From Eledone cirrhosa (lineage: Eukaryota), in assembly GCA_964016885.1 (NCBI GenBank), contig OZ024745.1, positions 133,052,001-133,116,000 on the forward strand: a DNA stretch of 64,000 nt. Reading direction: 5' to 3'. The stretch's first letter is position 1. Each line of letters opens with the position of its first letter. Both the position numbers and the translations under genes were made by a program. The notes beneath the pieces were generated by a model. It was not told the origin of the DNA and did not search any database. It saw only the letters and a list, made by a program, of their open reading frames with translations. This document shows, one piece after another, positions 56,790 through 64,000 of the stretch.

Positions 56790-57094
56790 GACGTTGAGGG
56801 GCATCCCTCGCTAACTAGGGCATGTAACATCTGTGTCGGCTTTTGCCGACGGGGTTACAGTCGTAGTGTCGGACACCAAATATATTATGGTAATTGTCAC
56901 TGCTCTGAAGGTTTACAAAGTGCTGACCGGAGCGAAAATGAACCAGGAACAATCTGTGGCCCTGCAACTCAGCACAGCGGTGGGCAGGTCCATGCTGTCT
57001 AACAATATCACCGGACGCTGGACGGACGGGCCGGTCAAATTACTCGGGGTCTGGTTTGGTCCCGACCTGCAGATGGACAGGAATTGGGATTCGT
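56790..57094 (+). mobile_element. Tx1/L1-clade RT C-terminal fragment
   Basis: SAFADGVTVVV..Y..TGAKMN..S..VKLLGVWFG..NWD. Confidence 0.82.
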
Positions 57095-57406
57095 GAATAA
57101 TAATAATAATAATATTGTTTTCGCAGAAATTGGTTTTTCTTTTAATTTTCCTCAAAACTGGTCGTAATACCGCACGGTATGCAATTGAGACTAATTACCT
57201 GATGTATACACCTCAGAATGTTATGTATTCTTAGTAGTTCCAGATGGTAGCACTAATAGGTAGAATACTAATCTTGACAAGGAGCAAGACACTCGGAAAC
57301 AATTGTCAAATGTCGATAGTTATCTCCCATCTACCACGTGGTGTTTTATGAGACAGTTTACTTGAAAACAAACCATATATTAATAATATTATATTACTAT
57401 AATATT

Positions 57407-57600
57407 ATTACTGGTATTTTATTTTATCGACTCCGTAAGGGTGAAAGGCAAAGTTAAGCTTGACGGGATTTGAACTCAGACGGTAAAGTTCAAATCCCGC
57501 CGAAGTTAACTTTCCCTCGATAATGTGAATACGGAAGATAAAATAAAGTACCAGTAATGTACTGGAATAATTGCTGGCCTTGTGCCAAAAGTAGAAACTA
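57407..57600. mobile_element. Inverted (fold-back) SINE composite
   Basis: Minus-strand SINE part 57407-57487 joined to a plus-strand part 57488-57600 at the B-box. Confidence 0.8.
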
Positions 57601-57884
57601 TTATTATATTATTATTTACGCACGAATGCATATGTATATATGTGGGGGCGTATGTGTGTGTGTGTTTGTGCGTATGTATGTCTGTAGGTGTGTGTGCGCG
57701 TGTGTATGTTTGTGTAAACGTATTAGTATCTATGCTTCAGTGATGTGTTTGTATTTCAACCACTTTCTATAAGAATAACAAAAACAATTTTTCTCTGATT
57801 GTCTGTTCAAATTTATTTATACATGACGTGAAGTATAGGAAGTATTTCGTACGAATTTTAATAACGCAATACACACACCCCCAT

Positions 57885-57929
<45 letters not shown>

Positions 57930-58068
57930 TATACATACACACAGACACACATATATACATATATATATACACACATATATATATATATATAAATATATAT
58001 ATATACGTATATATACATATATATATATACATATATATATACATATATATATATATATACATATATAT

Positions 58069-58243
58069 AACGGAAGAAATGTGGTAAGGAACCAGGTAGA
58101 CCATAACGCACCAAAGTACTCAATACTTAGGGTAGTAGAGTGGGTAATAGGAACGAGTAGGACCCCGACGGCTAATTCTGGACTCTGTCCAGAATTAGCC
58201 GTCGAAACGGCTTGAGCTCAGCCGTCGGGGTCTTACTCGTTCC

Positions 58244-58246
<3 letters not shown>
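58069..58246 (-). mobile_element. Family A PLE-end fold-back
   Basis: Tail 58069-58146, left arm with an internal deletion, right arm 58187-58246, (TA)n flanks. Confidence 0.85.
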
Positions 58247-58315
<69 letters not shown>

Positions 58316-58330
58316 TATATATATATATAT

Positions 58331-58363
<33 letters not shown>

Positions 58364-58432
58364 CTTACATATGTATGTGAATATACAAACACATATATGT
58401 ATATATACATACACATATATGTGTGTGTGTGG

Positions 58433-58472
<40 letters not shown>

Positions 58473-61029
58473 GTATGTGCGTGTGTGTACTCACCAAGCT
58501 GTGTAAAAATTGCCTCCTGTGTTTTGTTTCTTTCATTAACTATATATATTAATATATATATATTGGGGCGAATGTGTATGTGTGTGTGCGTGTGTGTGTG
58601 TGTGTGTGTGTTCGTGTGTGTGTTTGTGTGTGTAACCTACAATTCTTCCGTATTCACATTATATGTTACAAATCGTTTATATTGTGCATTCTATAAAACG
58701 TTAATCCACATATAAGGATTCGTAAGCATTAAAACAAAAAACATTTTTTCCCAATACACACTCAAACATACGTGCACATATGTATGCTTTTTTATCTGTA
58801 TTCAGTATAAACGTACACACATATACCCTTACATAAGCATACAACCTCATATATATATATATGTTAGGGTGTATATAAGTATGTATGTATGAAACTGTGT
58901 ATGAATGTTTCCCTCATTTTCAATCAATTTCAATTTTGTTGCATTGCTTAGTAAAAGAAATTCAGAAATGAAATGCTTTTCTGATAACATTTTAATATCT
59001 AGAATTCTTGCGATTTTTCATTTTATATTTGATAATTATTTTCGTATATATTTATTACATTTTGCCTTTTTGTGATTTTTGTTACTATCAGACTAAATCA
59101 TGTTCTGCGTCTACTACTTTCATTGACAACGAATTAGTTTGGATAGCACTGGGAAATGAAAATTGATTAAAAGCCACTTCTGTTTTGATGCAATATGTAT
59201 GTGCAGATTACAAACAAGTGAATCAGGCAGATTATATTGATTTCTTATATTGGCAGAATCTGTCAGATTTTGTGCAAAACACAAAGTAAGATGTTGTGAT
59301 GTTCATTATTCTCCGAAGACATTTGTGATGTAAACGCATAGATATTTATACACTGATGTTACTGCCTATGTGAATAAAGATGTGTTTCTGGGAATGTAAT
59401 GTATTGGAATCATATTTGAAAATATATATTTACGAAAGAAGAAGAGACACGAGCTTCTCAGTTGCAGCAAGCTGTGTTTATTAAAATCTCACTATACGTT
59501 GACACAGGAAAAATATTATTTCATACCAGCATTAATTCAAAATATATTCTAGCGATATCTAGATTCAACTTTAAACACGACAAATTATATTTGGAAGATA
59601 TTTCATCGTATTGTTCAAATGACGACATCTCTATAATTTCATAAAAAGATCTATTATGAACGTAAATTACTTCAGAAAACTATACATATCAGTTTATATA
59701 TATTATTCAAAAAGTTAATACATATCTTCTATTACACGTTTCTCTTGCTACAATATATGAAACGTATATTTTTCAAAATAAAAATGTATATCTTTTCCTT
59801 TCCTATAAGATATAAGAATGGATACTATTTATTTACGAGAATCATGGCTACGATACCTGCACGTGGACTTGTCATGTTTCTCAATTAATCACATAGACAT
59901 ATATTTATATGGAACTGATAGACTAAGGAGACAAATGTGAGGACTTCGCTCTACTCAGAAATCGAAACTTTATTCCACGCATTTTGGAGCATATTTATGT
60001 TATAACACATAATATACAAGTAATATTATCTAGATTATACGAGAACTGTTAGACATAATATATTATGCCTATTGAATATAAGGTGTAAATAAGATTACAC
60101 ATAAAATGAGATTTCCAATTAAACAATTGGTATATTATTCAGCACTCACCAAATATATGACTCACACCTTTAGATACAAGTAACAATTGTACTAATATCT
60201 ACCTCACTTATCCTTTATCATCAGGTTCCAGCCCAACATTTCCACCTGCCCCTACTACAGGTGATAAGCTAGCTTTGTTTAGTAATAGAATCTCCACCTA
60301 CCTCCAAATCTTACACATTAATATTGTCTTACCATCTGGTTTAGTTGAACAAACGACTTCCAATTACTTTTAATCAAATATAACTTAACTTCTTCTTTGT
60401 ATGTCACTTCTCGCCATCAGCAATAGCTCTTCTTTTTTCTTCCTATATTGTATTCATATCATTTCACTTCCCTTATAAGCTATAATCCTTGGTAAATTGA
60501 ATTCAGACAATTTGCTTTGAAATTCATAAACATCGTGAACACGAATAACCTAAAGATTTAACTCATGCGCGTCGCTACATTTACACAAGAGAAAATCACT
60601 ATTTACAACATCGATAGAGCATTATCTAAGAGTTATACACTCTCAATTTTTCGACACTAACTTTAAGATAGCAAAGCCTCTTTGCGAACAGTCGATGTGC
60701 TAGAGGTTACAGACAAAATATTTTATATTAAATTGTACAACCCTCTTAAAATGAAAACGAGATACCTAGATTATGAGGGAACAATAACTACTGGAAGTTT
60801 AATAAATCCATATCAGTAACTAATGAATCATATATATTGTATCATAGACGGATTATATAACACTACACTACGTGTCTGCACGTGGTTGAATATCATTAAA
60901 ATAACTGCTATTATAAGGAGACACCATAATTTCTCACTATGCTGCGCGATTCCACACATACCATCCATAGATAGACTGACCATCTCACGCCAACAACAAC
61001 TGCAATACTTTTTATTATATTATAGCTAG

Positions 61030-61208
61030 TGAGGACGGTGGATTGGCAGTATCGGTAATGGGCCGGACGCCATGCTTTGCAGCATAGAGTTACACTCCTT
61101 TACGTTCTGAGTTCAAATCCCGCCGAGGTTAGCTTTGCCTTTCTTCCTTACGGGGTTGATAAAATAAAGTACCAGTAATGCACTAGGGTCGATTTAATCG
61201 ACTTTCCC
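61030..61208 (+). mobile_element. Full-length SINE
   Basis: Matches the SINE consensus, including B-box GAGTTCAAATCC. Confidence 0.9.
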
Positions 61209-62661
61209 TGGTCCTGCGCAGATCAGATCAACTAGAATTGTTACTGTATTGTCATGTTGACGGGGATGGATGCAACTAGAAGTAGCTGTAAAAATTTTGT
61301 AAGTTCTAAAATGTATATTTAATAATTTATTTTGTGTTTCGGGGTCGACAAAAGTACGAACGTATGTACCATGTGCTAATACTGTTTCATGTAACTACTG
61401 TACTGGGCTGCGGAGTATATCTATAGATTCTTAGGTAACACAGTATGTAATAAATAACTGTAAGAGCATGGACATGAAAAGTGGGGACTGGATTTCTGAT
61501 GAAATACCAACTGGCATCAGTCAGGCTGATCTCACCTTTCCTGTTCCCATAGTTATTGCATATAAAGGCACTGGTTTTACATGACTCTATATGATAGGGT
61601 GTTGGCTAATATATACATAGTGATGCTTCATAGTGCATCCCCAAATTGTCCGTAGATTATATATTCAATAATTTCACTTGTATTGTCCTGCAATTGCTTT
61701 CACGGATTTGATTTCATATGTGCAGTTAATTATGAAGCCCACCTGCATCTGACACCTGTTAGAGTATCAGTTCCAATTCGCTGTTCACAGTGTCTTCCAA
61801 CAAAAGTATGGAACATAAAACTACTAATGTTATATAAAGAAGAAAATTATAATCGCAGAAAAGTTCTATAATACATTATATTTTATACACTCATTTATAT
61901 CACGCAAATTCTCATGTAATGCACTTACATAAGTTTGAGTTTGTTTAAAATGGGAATAGGTTTTGGAAATAGATATGATATTATTTAGCATTTAACAGAG
62001 TTAAACACGATGTTTCATACGACACGGAGTTCATGAATGTGAACATGTTTTATGTATGAGTGCACTTATGTGAGATAAATAAAAGACGATAGGATGGGTC
62101 GTGATTCAGAAAGAAATAGAGATAGATAATAATTTAATATATTATTATTGTTTGCAGGATTCCGGAAACGCTTATCTGAGTCAGATGCACATCTATCAGC
62201 TACAGGAACTGAATTAAGTATTTAAGAATCAATATCGGATAAAACGAGTTGAAGAATGATATTTATTCAAGCTATGTTCTACGAACAGACTAATGAAACT
62301 GTAGTTGTGACAACAATAGACATTCGTTTTTGAATAGAATATTACTATAATGGTCAAGAATGATTGAATACGTCATACACATTTCTTCACATCACATTAA
62401 CTATCATCATATTTTTCTCATTTCATCTCTTTACAAGAGATAATATATTTTACCTATCTCTAGATTAAGAATAGTTCATTGGAATACGCTTCATTATCAT
62501 AATTAATCTACTAATGAAATTATTGAATTGGGTGACAAGAAATATTTAAGTATGCAATAGATTGTATGATTGAAACATAAAATAACATATATACCTTTTA
62601 AAGTATAATGATTTACCACTGTAGGTGTATGGTGTTGAGTACCAAATGGCGTGCACCTATG

Positions 62662-62728
<67 letters not shown>

Positions 62729-62888
62729 AGTAAGAATATTTTCGAAACACCGAGTGGGTTTGAAATTATTAGTATTGACGTACATGTACGTCAATACATC
62801 TTTTTCCATTTCGCCGATGGTTCTTAACCCCACTATCAGGCTAAATAATTTCTTTAATTTCTTTAGTCAAAATACGGCGATAGCTTAC

Positions 62889-63232
<344 letters not shown>

Positions 63233-63253
63233 CTCTATCTCTCTCTCTCTCTG

Positions 63254-63378
<125 letters not shown>

Positions 63379-63497
63379 CCAGGAATCAGTGATGCATCAA
63401 ACACAATTTATTAACATATGTAATATGTTAATACATTATGTTAAACGCATACCAGCTATGGGCGTATTTATTGCAACCATACAACAACTATATATAT

Positions 63498-63529
<32 letters not shown>

Positions 63530-64000
63530 GCATATACATATATATTTATATGTGTATCTGAGTGTGTGTGTATGTGTGTGCTGGAGCGGCAGTGTATGCG
63601 AATGTAATTATATAAGTGTGTCTATGGGTTTCTGTCAGGTTTGTATAATTCAATTATTTTTCAACAAGAAACAGTCTCAAATACGTGTACGGGTCATAAC
63701 ACTTTCCTTATTAACATTAACGTACACAGAATTATTAAATATGCGATACAAATATATTTAAACTTTAATAAACACATATTAACTGATATCTAAATACATA
63801 GATATCGAATGTTCTCAGATATATTTCCAAGTATATTCTGGCCAATAATATAAATCCATTCAAATCAATTTAGAAATCAGTCCTCTTGATTTCTATGTTA
63901 CAGAGACCGAAATTTCATATAGATTCTTAACATACTCCCGTTACAGAGTAACGATACGGTGACACCTGTTAACGTCAATGATGAAACGCCCGCCATGTTC

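Overview
Eukaryotic, very AT-rich, microsatellite-dense genomic DNA. It most likely comes from an octopod cephalopod, judged from the tRNA-derived SINE family and the repeat landscape; this was not checked against a database. There is no intact long host CDS, and most ORF-track entries are microsatellite read-throughs. The window is dominated by transposon relics: a 4.2-kb palindromic Naiad-type Penelope-like element (PLE) with hammerhead ribozymes, about ten short PLE-end fold-backs or arm fragments in (TA)n tracts, three tandem R4/Dong-type retroelements in one (TAA)n tract, CR1, RTE, Tx1/L1 and CRE fragments, Chapaev3 and mariner relics, about ten SINEs, and a 39 x 46-bp minisatellite. Two candidate + strand exons (7041-7144, 12677-12772) suggest the region is intronic. 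The strongest signal is an architecture shared by at least six sequence-divergent PLE-end families: [tail-less inverted arm][apex, usually at or near a hammerhead][arm + tail]. Each tail begins with a covarying bulged hairpin, RCTC-stem-loop-stem-(1-2 nt bulge)-GAGY, a few nt beyond the point where the inverted arm stops. Coordinates were read by eye and may be off by a few bases.
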